64,000 nt of DNA, taken from positions 8,300 through 72,299 of the forward strand of contig JAKPTO010000014.1 of NCBI GenBank assembly GCA_029555085.1, written 5' to 3'. Below are positions 28,114 through 37,865 of this stretch, piece after piece; the first letter of the stretch is position 1, and the number at the start of each line of letters is the position of its first letter. Under the pieces are notes generated by a model. That model was not told where the DNA came from, searched no databases, and saw only the letters and a program-made list of their open reading frames with translations. The translations under genes and the position numbers were made by a program. Source of the DNA: a bacterium (GTDB taxonomy: Bacteria > Patescibacteriota > Patescibacteriia > UBA1558 > S5-K13).

Positions 28114-29281
28114 AATTTTTATTAAATTCTAATAATTTGTTTATATAATTTGATATCTGAAACTCTTTTGCTTTATCTATGCATACTTGTTTCATATTTT
28201 CGAGAGAGTTTTTATTTATATATATATATTCAAGTTTATTGCACAAATCGTTTAAATTTCCAGATTGAAACAAGTATCCATTTTCTTCATTAATTATAAT
28301 TTCGGGAATTCCTCCTATTCTTGAAGCCAAAGTTGGAATTCCGTTTTTCATTGCTTCGTAAATAACCATCGGTGAGTTTTCAAAACAAATTGATGGAACT
28401 ATTAATAAGTCAGTATTTTTAAATAATTTTTCCTGAGTATTTTTATCGAATTCACCTTCAAAACTAACATTGCTCATTGTTTGAGAAATGTTTTTAGTTT
28501 TTTCTGATAGAGAGCCTCGACCAGCAATTTTTAAACTAAATTTTTTTAAATCTAATTTTTTAAAAGCTTTTATTAGTAAATTAATTCCTTTGTGCTCCTC
28601 AAGTATTCCCAAATAAAGACAACGCAATTCATTGGATTTAGTTATTTCAATAGGTTTTCCCATGACTATTGGATTATTTATGATTTTTGTGTTAGCTAAT
28701 GGAAAGAATTTTCTTTTTAGGTGAATATTCAATAAAATTTCAGATGGACTTACAATTTTTTTTATATTTTTAAATAAATTTTTGGTAAAAATTCTGTAAA
28801 TTTTATTTTTAAATGAATCAATTTTGGAATTAGGAAGCAAAATCCCGGATGGCTCTATAAGTTGAACATCGTGAATTGTATGTATGTGATTTAATTTTAG
28901 TAATTCTATCGCTTTTAATATATTGTAGCCTAGGCCTAGAATATTATGCGTTAAAACCAAATCTGGTTTTTCTTTTTCTAAAATAGAATAAACAGTATTA
29001 AGGGAATATTCGTTGTGAAGTTGATTTATTCTCCATAGAAATCTAGTAAACCACATTTGATTATTAATTTCTTGGAATGGAAAATATTTTTCAAAACCAA
29101 TTCTATATATTTTTATACCATTTAAATCTTCTTCTGTGGTCGTTTTGTATTGCTTGGAACAGCTTATAACAATAATTTCATGATTTAGTTTTTTTAATTC
29201 ATGTATGATTAATTCTACGACAGATTCTGCTCCGCCTCCGCTGTCTGGATAAAAAAGTTGATTAATTATACAAATTTTCAT
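28103..29281 (-). CDS. Glycosyltransferase family 4
   Basis: GGAE, KG, ENSPMVIYEA, GGIPE. Confidence 0.92.
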   Translation of the reverse strand: MKICIINQLFYPDSGGGAESVVELIIHELKKLNHEIIVISCSKQYKTTTEEDLNGIKIYRIGFEKYFPFQEINNQMWFTRFLWRINQLHNEYSLNTVYSILEKEKPDLVLTHNILGLGYNILKAIELLKLNHIHTIHDVQLIEPSGILLPNSKIDSFKNKIYRIFTKNLFKNIKKIVSPSEILLNIHLKRKFFPLANTKIINNPIVMGKPIEITKSNELRCLYLGILEEHKGINLLIKAFKKLDLKKFSLKIAGRGSLSEKTKNISQTMSNVSFEGEFDKNTQEKLFKNTDLLIVPSICFENSPMVIYEAMKNGIPTLASRIGGIPEIIINEENGYLFQSGNLNDLCNKLEYIYINKNSLENMKQVCIDKAKEFQISNYINKLLEFNKNSNS

Positions 29282-30404
29282 AAATTGAGTTTAATTTTTT
29301 TGTTAATTTATGCTCATTAAAATTTTCCTCTACTCTATGTCTTGCATTTTTTGAAAATTCTAATAAGTTACTGCTAAATAATTTTTCTATTTTTTGTTTT
29401 AAATCTAAATAATCGCCTGTTGTAAACGAAAATCCAGTTTTTCCATCAATTGGAACTTCTCTTACTCCGGGTAAATTCGAATAAATTACTGGTTTTCCAC
29501 TTGCCATTGCCTCAATTTGAACAATTCCAAATGCTTCACTTCTGGTGAGTGATGGAAATACAAAACAATCACAAGTAGAATAATATTTTTTTAATATTTG
29601 ATTTGACGCATTTCCAACAAAGACTATTTTATTTTCAACTTTTAGTTGTTTTGATAGTTTTTCATAATATTCTCGCATATCTCCGCTTCCTATAACAAGC
29701 AATCTGTAATCATCGTTTAATTCTTTTAGTGCTTTTATTAATATTTCCAAACCCTTAAAATAATGAGGAGTATCTAATCCCCCAACAAAAAGCAATATTT
29801 TTTTATTATGTAAATTGTGTTGGTTAATAATTTCCAAATTTTTTTCCTGTATTTCAAATTCATCTAAATTTACACCAAATGGAAAATTAATTATTTTTGA
29901 TTGAAATTTATTAAACAATTTAGGAGAATAGGATTTAAAATAATCAAATGTGCTTACCAATATTTTATTACTATTTTTAAAGATAATTGGAGTTATAATT
30001 TTTTCATAAATTTTAAAAATAAATTGCTTTATTCCTTTGGCCTCTGGAATCATATGCCAAAATACAACAATTTTTTTCTTCAATATTTTTGCAAATAAAA
30101 CTACAAACAACGCAGTTCCATAAAACGGAAAATGTAAATGAATAATATCAGAATTTTTTATATATTTGTAGGTGTTAATATATCCAGCATTTCCAAATTC
30201 AAAAACAGGTTTGATCCTTTTTATTTTTACATTATCAATTATTTCCTCCAATTCAGCTTCTAATTTTTTATATTTAGGAGTTATAACAACTATTTCATAA
30301 TTAAAAACATTTCCCATTTTTGCCTGAGACATACAGGCGTTTCCAATACCACTTCTGTATGGCGGGAAGGCGCATGTGATATGAGTAATGTTTAATTTTT
30401 GCAT
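29262..30404 (-). CDS. Glycosyltransferase family 4
   Basis: FKGL, EAFGIVQIEAMASGKPV. Confidence 0.93.
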   Translation of the reverse strand: MQKLNITHITCAFPPYRSGIGNACMSQAKMGNVFNYEIVVITPKYKKLEAELEEIIDNVKIKRIKPVFEFGNAGYINTYKYIKNSDIIHLHFPFYGTALFVVLFAKILKKKIVVFWHMIPEAKGIKQFIFKIYEKIITPIIFKNSNKILVSTFDYFKSYSPKLFNKFQSKIINFPFGVNLDEFEIQEKNLEIINQHNLHNKKILLFVGGLDTPHYFKGLEILIKALKELNDDYRLLVIGSGDMREYYEKLSKQLKVENKIVFVGNASNQILKKYYSTCDCFVFPSLTRSEAFGIVQIEAMASGKPVIYSNLPGVREVPIDGKTGFSFTTGDYLDLKQKIEKLFSSNLLEFSKNARHRVEENFNEHKLTKKLNSIYENLYN

Positions 30405-30425
30405 AAATTCTTCAAGGTGGTTGGA

Positions 30426-30938
30426 TTATTGTTGTTTGAAAGTTTTTACAATGTTATCAAAATTATCATAATCATTATTTATCCACAAATAATTATATTT
30501 TTCTCCTCTCAATAAATAAGCTATACTTTTTCCATTATCTTTATAAACAGAACCAGATAAATCATTTATTGTTAATGATTCCTCTAAATACGAAGCATAG
30601 CTTTGGTCGAGAAATTTTTCTGTTTCTTTTGGTAAAAAAGTGAGAGACATTAATTCTTTGTCATCTTTTTTTATTACATATTTATCCTCAAGTTCTCCTA
30701 TTTTTCCAGTGCTGGATTTTTCTATTACTTGATCGCTTAATGTTAAAAATTCATAATTTACATTATCAAAACTAAAATTATAAATAGAATCCATTTCTAT
30801 TGTATTTTCTGTTATTTGGGGTTTTTGTTCTTCGTTTTTTACGCTAATTTTTGAGTATAAACGCAAGCCAAATTTTGCAATAAGTGCAAGCACGATTATT
30901 GCAAATAAAATTATTAATGTTTTGTTTTTCATTACCAT
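30426..30938 (-). CDS. Hypothetical membrane-anchored protein
   Basis: N-terminal hydrophobic helix; tightly packed in the operon. Confidence 0.65.
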   Translation of the reverse strand: MVMKNKTLIILFAIIVLALIAKFGLRLYSKISVKNEEQKPQITENTIEMDSIYNFSFDNVNYEFLTLSDQVIEKSSTGKIGELEDKYVIKKDDKELMSLTFLPKETEKFLDQSYASYLEESLTINDLSGSVYKDNGKSIAYLLRGEKYNYLWINNDYDNFDNIVKTFKQQ

Positions 30939-31981
30939 TTTATAATTAATTTAATTAGATTATAATAAAGTGTCATTATTGGATTTCCTAAATATTTTAA
31001 AATTGGATTATTAATTTCTTGAAAATCAATAATTGGAGTAAATTTTTTTATCATATCAATATCTTTAACGGTCCTTAGGGATTGGATTTTTTTTCTTGAT
31101 GTTTTGAGGTATGACCAATTTTTAGCATTTAGGAAATAAAAATAACTTTTTACTTTATATTTTAACCATTTATTTTTTAATGAGAATACCAAAAGAGCAA
31201 GTTCCATAATTATCATCATTGGAATAAGTAAAATTTTCGTTGCTGTTTTGTAGTATTTGTGAAAAACTATCCACCTGTTTCTTTCTGTGTAATACATTCT
31301 CTTCCCAGTCCCGCCAAATTTATATTTGTGATAAATTACAGCGTCTGGATTGATCACATTTTTGTATCCTAAAATTTGCGTTTTCCATCCCAAATCTAAG
31401 TCCTCTAAATCAAAAAACATTTCATTATCGAAAAGACCTACTTTTTCAATTAATTTTACTCTCGTCATAACACAAGCACCTGAACAATAATTTACTTCGC
31501 TGAATTGAATTTGTCCCGTATCTACTACTCCATTTAGTGTACTATAACCAAATCCTAAATAATTGATTTTATTCCCCGCTGTATTGATTTTGTTTGTTTC
31601 TGGGTGGAGCATGATTTTTGGTTGCAAGCAAGCTATTTCTGGATGATCCTCCATGGTTTTTGCTAAAATATTTAACCAATCAGGCGTTACAATAACATCT
31701 TGATTTAACACAAGTATGTAATCGTAATTATTTTCTATTGCCCAATTTGCTCCACAATTATTGCCACCTGTGTATCCTAAATTTTCCTTGTTCTCTATAA
31801 ATTTTGCAAAAGGCATTCTTTCTTTTGCATAATTTAATGATTCATCTGTTGAATTGTTATCAACAAAAACAAGTTTCCATAAATCAGCTGGATATTTTGT
31901 TAATTTCAAGGAGTCAAAAAGATCTGGCATGTATTTCATGCCATTATAATTGGTAACGATTACCGCGATTTTTTTGTTCAT
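30932..31981 (-). CDS. Glycosyltransferase family 2 (WbbL/rhamnosyltransferase-like)
   Basis: VDNNSTD, NLGYTGGNN, LNQD, SGAC, EDLDL. Confidence 0.9.
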   Translation of the reverse strand: MNKKIAVIVTNYNGMKYMPDLFDSLKLTKYPADLWKLVFVDNNSTDESLNYAKERMPFAKFIENKENLGYTGGNNCGANWAIENNYDYILVLNQDVIVTPDWLNILAKTMEDHPEIACLQPKIMLHPETNKINTAGNKINYLGFGYSTLNGVVDTGQIQFSEVNYCSGACVMTRVKLIEKVGLFDNEMFFDLEDLDLGWKTQILGYKNVINPDAVIYHKYKFGGTGKRMYYTERNRWIVFHKYYKTATKILLIPMMIIMELALLVFSLKNKWLKYKVKSYFYFLNAKNWSYLKTSRKKIQSLRTVKDIDMIKKFTPIIDFQEINNPILKYLGNPIMTLYYNLIKLIIKW

Positions 31982-31986
31982 TTTAT

Positions 31987-32340
31987 TTAATTGTTAATAT
32001 TATTTTCTCTTTTATCTTGTGCGTTATTTATAGCAATTTTTCTGGTAATTTTTGTAATATTCGTGTCAATTTTTTCAATACGAGAATAGATCCTAAATAT
32101 TTGATAAAAAATTACTATAATTGATATATAAATTACAAAATCCGCGCCACGACCTATTCCAAATTGATTTGCAATTTGAGTGGCTAATTCTGGACGCCAA
32201 AAAACAATTCCAACAGCAACCCAAATCAAAAACCAAAACAAAAATCCAGCTCTAGAAATTCTAGATTTTTTTAATTGCTTTATCAAATTTAAAACTGCAA
32301 AAACAAGAAATATTGTTATTATAATTTTTAAAATTGTCAT
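31987..32340 (-). CDS. DUF2304 family membrane protein
   Basis: GIGRGADFVIY; typical partner downstream of a DPM-synthase-like GT2. Confidence 0.85.
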   Translation of the reverse strand: MTILKIIITIFLVFAVLNLIKQLKKSRISRAGFLFWFLIWVAVGIVFWRPELATQIANQFGIGRGADFVIYISIIVIFYQIFRIYSRIEKIDTNITKITRKIAINNAQDKRENNINN

Positions 32341-33011
32341 CGAAATATTTTTTTAATAATTAAATCTTTTACTATGGTAATTCCCCCAGAAAAGTTTTGA
32401 CCGAATCTATTATATATTACAGTCATGGGCACTTCTTTTATTTTTAATTTATATTTAAATGCTTTGTGTAGTATTTCGCTACAATGAGCTTTTCTATCAT
32501 GCTCTATTTTAATTTTTTCCGCGGATTCACGCGTCATTGCACGAAACCCCGATTGTGGGTCTGTAGTTTTTATTCCAAACATTATTTTATTCACAATTCT
32601 TGCAAGTGGAAATATTATATTTTTTTTACTCCAAGGAATTTCTGATTGCTTTTCCATAAACCTGGAACCAAAAACAATATCATAATCCCCGTTCATTATT
32701 GGATTTATTAAATCTTTTATTTCGTTGACTAAAAATTGTCCGTCAGCATCAAAATGAACTATAATATCAGCTCCATTTTTGAGCGCATAATCATTTCCGG
32801 TCTGTAAACTTGCGCCTTGATCTCTGTTTATAATGTGCTCTAATAATACAACTGGATATTTTTTTACAATTTCAGATGTTTTATCAGTAGAACTATCATT
32901 AATAACTACAATATTTTCATATTGTGTTGTAAGTTCATCGAGCACTGAAGAAATATTTTTTTCTTCATTCCATGCAGGTATTATTATAAATATTTTTTTA
33001 TTATTTTCCAT
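32337..33011 (-). CDS. GT2 polyprenol-phosphate glycosyltransferase (DPM1-like)
   Basis: IPAWNE, DSSTD, FDADGQ, GSRF, DPQSGFRA. Confidence 0.92.
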   Translation of the reverse strand: MENNKKIFIIIPAWNEEKNISSVLDELTTQYENIVVINDSSTDKTSEIVKKYPVVLLEHIINRDQGASLQTGNDYALKNGADIIVHFDADGQFLVNEIKDLINPIMNGDYDIVFGSRFMEKQSEIPWSKKNIIFPLARIVNKIMFGIKTTDPQSGFRAMTRESAEKIKIEHDRKAHCSEILHKAFKYKLKIKEVPMTVIYNRFGQNFSGGITIVKDLIIKKIFR

Positions 33012-34081
33012 TATATTAAAGATTCTTTAAGGGATTCTTTTATTTTTTGAAATGTTTGTGTGTCTATAGGTTTTCTTATGAGAAAATCTTTTTGATCTAC
33101 TGAAGATTTTTCTGATTCTGTTTCATATCTTGGAGTGTTGTCATCTATCGTTGGTTTAATGATTTTTGAGTATAAATCATTATTTTCCCCACATTCTTCT
33201 TTTTTAAATCCAAGTTTTCCATTTTCTCCATAAACAGATTGCCATCTTATTTGCTCTTCTTCTTTCGTTTTCAATTCTTGTTCATTATATTTTTTATTCT
33301 TAATATCTTCTTTTATTCTTCTCAGATTTGCATTTTCAACTTTCCATTTTATATTAAAATTTGAGCCAAATAAAGATTGTTTTTGTTCATTAGCTACTAT
33401 TGTTAATACTTTTTCAAATACTCTATCAATCGCCGTAGAAAATCCGCCTCCTCTTATTTTTGTTATTATCTCCCCAGACGCCTCTAGACTGCAATTATCC
33501 TCAGATATACTTTTTAGGTCAGAGAATCTGAAACCAATTATTTTATTTGTTAAGTCTTTTGCTATAAGTACTAATCTTTGCCTTATTTCGCCACCAACAC
33601 TTTCAAGAGTAAATGGTGTAGTATCAAACCAAGTTAAGGTATCACAAAATACATCTTGACCACTGCTTGTTTTTTCTGCAAAAGATCCATATGTGCTTAC
33701 ATAACCTTTCTCAACACTAGCCTCCGGCTTTTCAAGATCTTTCAGTAATTGATTTACGTGTTCTATCCATTGTTTTTTCCCCATTTCCTCCCCCACTTTT
33801 TCTAATACTTCCTTTTCAATATTTTGTATTTTTTCGTTTGCAATTTGCAATGCTTTAATTATTTCGTTATTTGATTCACTTATTGTGCTCTTTACCTCGG
33901 AATTACTATCGAACTGTTGTGATAAATTTTTAGCATCTTCTAGTGCATTATTAGTTATTTCCTTAACTTCCCCTCTGGTTTCCTCAATTTTTTCTTCATC
34001 TGTTTTTTTTACCTCTTTTTCGATTGTTTCTGTTTGTTCAACTGATGATATGTTTTCTTGTTGGTTGGCGTTTTCCGACAT
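33011..34081 (-). CDS. Hypothetical protein with acidic coiled-coil N-terminus and possible degenerate GNAT domain
   Basis: E/K-rich N-terminus; KIIGFR..IRGGGFSTAI resembles an acetyl-CoA-binding loop. Confidence 0.55.
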   Translation of the reverse strand: MSENANQQENISSVEQTETIEKEVKKTDEEKIEETRGEVKEITNNALEDAKNLSQQFDSNSEVKSTISESNNEIIKALQIANEKIQNIEKEVLEKVGEEMGKKQWIEHVNQLLKDLEKPEASVEKGYVSTYGSFAEKTSSGQDVFCDTLTWFDTTPFTLESVGGEIRQRLVLIAKDLTNKIIGFRFSDLKSISEDNCSLEASGEIITKIRGGGFSTAIDRVFEKVLTIVANEQKQSLFGSNFNIKWKVENANLRRIKEDIKNKKYNEQELKTKEEEQIRWQSVYGENGKLGFKKEECGENNDLYSKIIKPTIDDNTPRYETESEKSSVDQKDFLIRKPIDTQTFQKIKESLKESLI

Positions 34082-34084
34082 ATT

Positions 34085-34237
34085 TTATTTTAAATTATTT
34101 CGAATATTTTTAATTTTTTCCTCGTCTTGTTTCTGAATTATTTTATTTATTTTGATGTTACGGTTTTTTATAATAGCATTTATTGACTGAATAAAATTGT
34201 TTTTAATTATTTTTAATTTTTCAGTAATTGATAACAT
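34085..34237 (-). CDS. Small hypothetical protein (50 aa), not in the ORF track
   Basis: MLSITEKLKIIKNNFIQSINAIIKNRNIKINKIIQKQDEEKIKNIRNNLK; fills the gap with 2-3 bp spacing to both neighbours. Confidence 0.6.
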   Translation of the reverse strand: MLSITEKLKIIKNNFIQSINAIIKNRNIKINKIIQKQDEEKIKNIRNNLK

Positions 34238-34239
34238 GG

Positions 34240-35154
34240 CTATTTAACATTTTTAAAATATTCAATGGTTTCTAATATTCCATCATTTAAACTTATTTTT
34301 GGAGTCCAGCCAATTTGTTCTTTTATTTTTTTAGAAGATAATTGACTTTTTACAACTTCGCCTTTTATTGATGGTTTGTATTCTGGAGTGAGATTTGAGT
34401 TTGTTAATTTTCTTATTTTTTCATATAGGTTTATGATTGAAATATCGTTTGATGTTCCAATATTATAGATTTCATTTTTTGCTTTCTGAGCCAAGATAAG
34501 CGCATTCACAACATCTTTAACATATACAAAATCTCTGGATTGGTCACCACCATTAATATAACATTGTTTATTTTGCAATAAATTGCTTATAAATATCGCA
34601 ATGACTCCCGCTTCTCCATGTGGATCTTGACGGGGTCCATATATGTTCGCTGGTCTTATTATTACATAATTTAACCCATGGACTTTTTGATAAAAATTTA
34701 AGTATTTTTCAATTGCGAATTTTGATACAGCATAAGGACTAAGTGGTTTTGCTTCACATTCTTCATTCGTTGGAAAAAAATCAGCGGCATCATAAATTGC
34801 TCCACCAGTTGATGTAAATATTATTTTTTCAATTTTATATTTTACGCAATTGTCTAATAAATTTAATGCGCCGAGTATGTTTATATCTGCATCTTCAATT
34901 GGGTTTTTTAAAGAATATGGAACACTTTTTTGAGCTGCTATGTGGTATACAATATCAAAGTTATGTTTATCAAAAATTTTTGATATTTTTTTATTTCTAA
35001 TATCTGTTTTATAAAATGTTGCGAATTTATTAATAAATTCTTTTTTACCTGTTGATAAATCATCTATTATAACAACTTCATGTTTATCATTGATTAATTT
35101 ATCAACTAAGTGTGAGCCAACAAATCCAGCTCCGCCAGTTACTAATATTTTCAT
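34240..35154 (-). CDS. galE: UDP-glucose 4-epimerase-like NAD-dependent epimerase
   Basis: TGGAGFVGS, STGGAIY, YAVSK, YGPRQDPHGEAGVIAIF. Confidence 0.88.
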   Translation of the reverse strand: MKILVTGGAGFVGSHLVDKLINDKHEVVIIDDLSTGKKEFINKFATFYKTDIRNKKISKIFDKHNFDIVYHIAAQKSVPYSLKNPIEDADINILGALNLLDNCVKYKIEKIIFTSTGGAIYDAADFFPTNEECEAKPLSPYAVSKFAIEKYLNFYQKVHGLNYVIIRPANIYGPRQDPHGEAGVIAIFISNLLQNKQCYINGGDQSRDFVYVKDVVNALILAQKAKNEIYNIGTSNDISIINLYEKIRKLTNSNLTPEYKPSIKGEVVKSQLSSKKIKEQIGWTPKISLNDGILETIEYFKNVK

Positions 35155-35168
35155 ATATTTAGCTTTAG

Positions 35169-36332
35169 CTATTTATTATTTAAATATTGTTTTAATTCAT
35201 CTACTTTGTCTAATTTTTCCCATGGTAAATTAAGATCGTTTCTTCCGAAATGACCATAAGTCGCAGTTTGTGCATAAATTGGTTTTAGTAGATCTAGATT
35301 TTTTATTATACCACTTGGAGTAAAATCAAAATGTTTTTTGATTATTTCTAAAATTTGTTCTTCCGGAATTTTATTTGTTTCAAAACAATTTATCATTATT
35401 GAAACTGGTTTTGGATAACCAATAGCATAAGAAACCTCTATTTCTGCTCTATCAGCAAGACCTGCTGCTACTATATTTTTCACAGCATAACGAGCCATAT
35501 AAGCTCCGCTTCTATCTTGTTTGTTTGGTCCTTTACCAGAAAAACATCCTCCGCCATGGCGACCCATTCCACCATAAGTATCAACTATAATTTTTCTTCC
35601 AGTAAGTCCTGTGTCCGCAGCTGGTCCACCTTTTACAAATCTACCGGTTTCATTTACTAAAATTTTGATATTGTCATTAAAATAATCACCGAGCACGGGT
35701 TTTATAACATGATTTTTTATGTCTTCCCTGAGTTGTTCTAAGGATATTTTTTCATCATGCTGGGCCGCTATTACAACAGTGTGTACGCTGTTTGGTTTAC
35801 CATCTACATATTCTATTGTAATTTGTGATTTTCCATCTGGTCTTAAATATTTTAGCGTTCCGTTTTTTCTTACTTCAGCTAATCTTTGAGTCAATTTGTG
35901 TGCCATTGTAATTGGAAGTGGCATGAATTCCTCTGTTTCGTTGCAAGCATAACCAAACACCATGCCCTGGTCTCCAGCACCCATTTCTTTGTATTGTAGG
36001 TGTTCATGTTTTTCGCCCTGAGCAATGTCACTAGATTGTTCATCAATGGTTGTTATAACTGCGCAACTCTTACAGTCAATTCCGTAATCAGGATTTGTAT
36101 ATCCAATTTTTTTCAATGTTTCTCTTACAATTTTTGGGATATCAACATAGGTGTTTGTTGTAATTTCACCACCAACAATAACAAGACCTGTTGTCGTAAA
36201 AACTTCACAGCAACAATGACCATGCATATCTCCTTTTAAAATTTCATCTAAAATTGTGTCACTTATTTGATCACAGACTTTGTCTGGATGTCCTTCTGTG
36301 ACTGATTCTGATGTAAATAAATATTTTTTCAT
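35169..36332 (-). CDS. metK: S-adenosylmethionine synthetase
   Basis: [39 protein letters not shown]. Confidence 0.97.
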   Translation of the reverse strand: MKKYLFTSESVTEGHPDKVCDQISDTILDEILKGDMHGHCCCEVFTTTGLVIVGGEITTNTYVDIPKIVRETLKKIGYTNPDYGIDCKSCAVITTIDEQSSDIAQGEKHEHLQYKEMGAGDQGMVFGYACNETEEFMPLPITMAHKLTQRLAEVRKNGTLKYLRPDGKSQITIEYVDGKPNSVHTVVIAAQHDEKISLEQLREDIKNHVIKPVLGDYFNDNIKILVNETGRFVKGGPAADTGLTGRKIIVDTYGGMGRHGGGCFSGKGPNKQDRSGAYMARYAVKNIVAAGLADRAEIEVSYAIGYPKPVSIMINCFETNKIPEEQILEIIKKHFDFTPSGIIKNLDLLKPIYAQTATYGHFGRNDLNLPWEKLDKVDELKQYLNNK

Positions 36333-36343
36333 TGTTTTATTGA

Positions 36344-37402
36344 TTATTTATTATTAAAAGGGCTTAATTTTACTTTTTCCCTTTGAAAATGTTCTATTGT
36401 TGTTTTTAGTCCATTAACAAGTGGTGTCATCGGCATCCACGATAGAGTTTCTTTCGCCTTGTTAATGTTTGGAAATAATTTTCTTTGAAAATTTTCAAAA
36501 TCATCCTGAAAAACAATTTTTGAGTTTGATCCCATAATTTGTATTATTGTTTCTGCAACATGTTTTATGTTTATTTCATCCGGGTGACCTAAATTAATTG
36601 GTTCAAATACTGGACTATCTATAAGTTTTAATAATCCATCTATTAAATCATCAACATAGCAAAAAGAACTGACTGAGTTTTCGTCTCCATTTATTACAAT
36701 ATCTCTATTTTCCATTGCATTATTTATAAAATCAGGAATCATTCTTCCATCTCCCAGAATCATTTTTGGTCCATATGTAGAAAATATTCTTGCAATGCTT
36801 ATATCGAGATTAAACTTTTCATGATATGTTTTTACCATCATTTCAGCAAATCTTTTCCCCTCATTATATGGAGCTCTTGGCTCTAAATGGTCTGTTTTCC
36901 CATAATATGATTCAATTATAGGTTCTGTTACATCCTCTGCATTTCCATATATAGCAGAAGAAGAGGCAAATAAAAATTTTGCCTTATATTTTACTGCTAA
37001 ATCTAGTGCATTTTTCAATGCTATTGAATTTGCATCTATTGTTTCTACTGAAAATTTAGACAAATCTTTGTAAGAAGTAGGGCAAGCAAGATATATTACA
37101 TCTTGGATGCCTTGAAATTGTATTCTAAATTTATCTAGTTCTGACATGGATTCTAGATCAATTTTTTCACTCATATCATGTTTTATAAAAGCAAAATCAG
37201 GAAACTGAGTTAATATTTCTATGTTTTCAAATTTTCCAGTTACGAAATTATCAATACATATTACTTTATTTTTTTCTAATAAATACTCTATTAAATTTGA
37301 CCCTATAAATCCGGCTCCGCCTATGACTAATATGTTTTTTTTGTCAAAAATGACTCTCTTTTGATTATCCACTTTTGGATTTTTTTTAAATATATTTAGC
37401 AT
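36344..37402 (-). CDS. UDP-glucuronate decarboxylase-like NAD-dependent epimerase/dehydratase
   Basis: [31 protein letters not shown]; ATG start taken at 37402. Confidence 0.85.
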   Translation of the reverse strand: MLNIFKKNPKVDNQKRVIFDKKNILVIGGAGFIGSNLIEYLLEKNKVICIDNFVTGKFENIEILTQFPDFAFIKHDMSEKIDLESMSELDKFRIQFQGIQDVIYLACPTSYKDLSKFSVETIDANSIALKNALDLAVKYKAKFLFASSSAIYGNAEDVTEPIIESYYGKTDHLEPRAPYNEGKRFAEMMVKTYHEKFNLDISIARIFSTYGPKMILGDGRMIPDFINNAMENRDIVINGDENSVSSFCYVDDLIDGLLKLIDSPVFEPINLGHPDEINIKHVAETIIQIMGSNSKIVFQDDFENFQRKLFPNINKAKETLSWMPMTPLVNGLKTTIEHFQREKVKLSPFNNK

Positions 37403-37436
37403 ATTTTTGTTCCCAATCAAATGGGTTTTAAAATTA

Positions 37437-37865
37437 TTAATTTTTATCTAATTTATTTTTTTTAAACACTTTTTGTTTATACATAATAAAATTCCAAATC
37501 ATTCCAAGTATTGTTCCTAAAATTTTTCCAAGTATATCTGAAATACCAAAATAATGAACACTTACAACAAGACATGCTCCAGATATCAATAAAGAGATTA
37601 TTGTTACGGAAACAAAACTAAGATATTTTTTTATTATGTTTTGATTATCAGATTGAAATGTGAGATTTTTATTCATTATAAAACTAAACATATTAGCTAC
37701 AAAGAAAGAAGATATGTGCGCTATTATGTAATATTTTGTAAAAAATTCACAATTTCTTGTTAGAGATATGTATATAAAAAAATCAATAACCGTATTGATG
37801 AGGCCAATAATTCCAAATTTTATTATTTGAATAATTAAATTTTTATATTTATTTATTAAATTCAT
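37437..37865 (-). CDS. GtrA family protein
   Basis: KFGIIGLINTVID, SFIMNK.LTF, WNF. Confidence 0.9.
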   Translation of the reverse strand: MNLINKYKNLIIQIIKFGIIGLINTVIDFFIYISLTRNCEFFTKYYIIAHISSFFVANMFSFIMNKNLTFQSDNQNIIKKYLSFVSVTIISLLISGACLVVSVHYFGISDILGKILGTILGMIWNFIMYKQKVFKKNKLDKN

